Below are positions 7,725 to 9,012 of a stretch of 9,012 nt of DNA, piece by piece (the first letter of the stretch is position 1; each line of letters opens with the position of its first letter). Made by a program: the position numbers and the translations under genes. The DNA is from Octopus sinensis. Taxonomy: Eukaryota. The notes under the pieces were generated by a model, which worked only from the letters and a program-made list of their open reading frames with translations, was not told the DNA's origin and made no database searches. Location: the NCBI RefSeq assembly GCF_006345805.1, contig NW_021828108.1, positions 1 through 9,012 of the forward strand. Direction: 5' to 3'.

Positions 7725-8411
7725 TAACTACTGGCATGTGATTGGTGCTTTGACCGATGCTCAGATCCGCAGCATCTTCTCTTGTCTCTCTGTCGCGGCC
7801 ATTTCGCTTCAAGCTTTCTCGCCAAGTGGTTTACTGTACTACTTTACGCTGTGCTGTGTGTGATTTTTTTGTTGTTTCTTTGCATTTTCATCCCCTGCAA
7901 TGGCTCCCAAGCGTGCTGCTTCTTCCAAGGCTGGTACTGAGCCTAAACGCAAACGAAGAATGATGACGATCGCTGAGAAAGTGAAACTTCTGGATATGTT
8001 GAAGGAAGGGAGAACTTTCGCTGTCGTAGCCCGCCATTTTAGCGTGAACGAATCCACCGTTCGCTACATCAAGAAGGATGAGGCTAACATTAGGAAGACG
8101 GCTGCCATCACCTTTAATAAGTCGGCGATGAGAGTGGTTACAGCTCGTAATAAAACTATCACCCGTATGGAAGCTGCTTTGGCCGTAAGGATAGCCGACT
8201 GCCGAAAGAAGAACATAGCCTTGGATACGAACTTCATCCAAACAAAGGCTAGGAGCCTGTACGAGACTTTCGCCGCTAAGGAACCTGAGGACGACAGTGG
8301 CGACCACGAAGAAGAGGAAGAAGATCCGCAACCAGGGACGTCCAGTGATTCACAAACCAAAGAACGTCCTTTTCTGCTAGCAAAGGGTGGTTTGTTAAGT
8401 TTCAGAAACGT
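7725..8411 (+). mobile_element. Truncated Tigger/pogo-family DNA transposon (5' leader plus transposase N-terminus)
   Basis: Leader with a reverse CCAAT (GATTGG at 7740) before the transposase ATG. Both ends abut SINE sequence and no TIR is visible. Confidence 0.75.
7900..8411 (+). pseudogene. Tigger/pogo transposase fragment: CENP-B N-terminal HTH and HTH_Tnp_Tc5-type domain, no DDE domain
   Basis: MAPKR...KRKRRMMTIAEKVKLLDMLKEGRTFAVVARHFSVNESTVRYIKK...RMEAALAVRIADCRKKNIALDTNFIQTKARSLY. After a 1-nt shift in the T run at 8370-8373 the frame reads FSASKGWFVKFQKR, the family motif FxASxGWFxxF. The remainder of the 210-aa ORF is out-of-frame, SINE and flank sequence. Confidence 0.9.
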
Positions 8412-8479
8412 TCGACTAAAGGCGGTGCTCCAGCTTGGCCGCAGTCAAATGACTGAAACAAATAGAAGAATAAAAGAAT
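8411..8479 (+). mobile_element. Family A SINE 3' tail fragment
   Basis: TCGACTAAAGGCGGTGCTCCAGCTTGGCCGCAGTCAAATGACTGAAACAAATAGAAGAATAAAAGAAT matches 2352-2389 and 4245-4300. Confidence 0.9.
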
Positions 8480-8883
8480 TAGCATTAATTATAATTTTAT
8501 TTTCAAATTTCATGGAGCTGTTATTAAATTAAATTTTCGAAATATATTCATTAATTAAATTAAAATAAAATTAAGGGAACTAGTTGGTTTGCCTGCCAGC
8601 ATTTCAAAAATTAAAGCTTATCGAATTTTTTTTTAATTTGGCATATTAATATACTTTTCCAAGCTGAATTACTGGAGTTATTTCAATTTTTTCAGAAAAG
8701 TTTAAAAAAGTTATAGAGGTTTAAAGTTTGATCATTTTTACCCAGTCGAGAAACAGGATTTGGAAGCTGTCATTTTGTGCGTGACTGCATGTGTTGTCGA
8801 CATTCTGAAAATAGCACGTTTTTATATGAAACTGTAAACAAATCAAATTCTGGAGTAAAGATTATTTACCAACATAACATGGC

Positions 8884-9012
8884 AGTCCTGGTTTAGGATG
8901 AATGTTGCTGTAATTTAACCCCAGGAGACATCGTCTCTAGCTGGCTATACGATATGATCTGTGTCCTTATATTTTTGAACAATTACAGTAACATTCCTCC
9001 TAAACCAGGACT
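8884..9012. repeat. Inverted repeat of at least 32 bp, running off the window
   Basis: AGTCCTGGTTTAGGATGAATGTTGCTGTAATT (8884-8915) versus AATTACAGTAACATTCCTCCTAAACCAGGACT (8981-9012): 30/32 complementary, 65-nt spacer. Confidence 0.85.

Noticed and set aside
7888-8360. Minus-strand ORFs of 147 aa and 98 aa
   Set aside because: Antisense shadows of the transposase reading frame with no independent motifs.
8440-8460. Stem-loop plus GAAAC in family A tails as a hammerhead ribozyme
   Set aside because: No CUGANGA upstream of the stem in any copy.
8480-8870. AT-rich stretch beginning TTAAGGG (8571) as a TTAA-type DNA transposon end
   Set aside because: No matching terminus or second copy in the window, so it cannot be supported.

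Overview
Non-genic, AT- and microsatellite-rich eukaryotic DNA made almost entirely of nested transposable-element pieces. The SINEs resemble, from memory, those of octopus genomes; this organism call is an inference, not a database result. Contents: (i) about 11 copies or fragments of several tRNA-derived SINE families that exchange head and tail modules; (ii) a decayed minus-strand non-LTR retrotransposon (HERO-like, R2 group) with an N-terminal zinc finger and an RT FMDD segment, joined across a large deletion occupied by a SINE; (iii) the 5' part of a Tigger/pogo transposase (CENP-B-type HTH), frameshifted and cut off by a SINE tail; (iv) single Tc2-like and hAT-like transposon termini; (v) long (TA)n, (TG)n, (CAT)n and (CAC/TAC)n arrays, which explain nearly all ORFs in the track. 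The most striking structure is a near-perfect ~1 kb inverted duplication (5082-6129) centred on a TA-rich spacer. One arm later received a SINE with a 12-bp TSD, and the other arm keeps the empty site. Two shorter inverted repeats and a TA-associated element ending in a double E-box palindrome are also present. No intact host gene, RNA gene or CRISPR array is supported, and I see no evidence of a new protein-coding system. Family labels A-E are my own working names.
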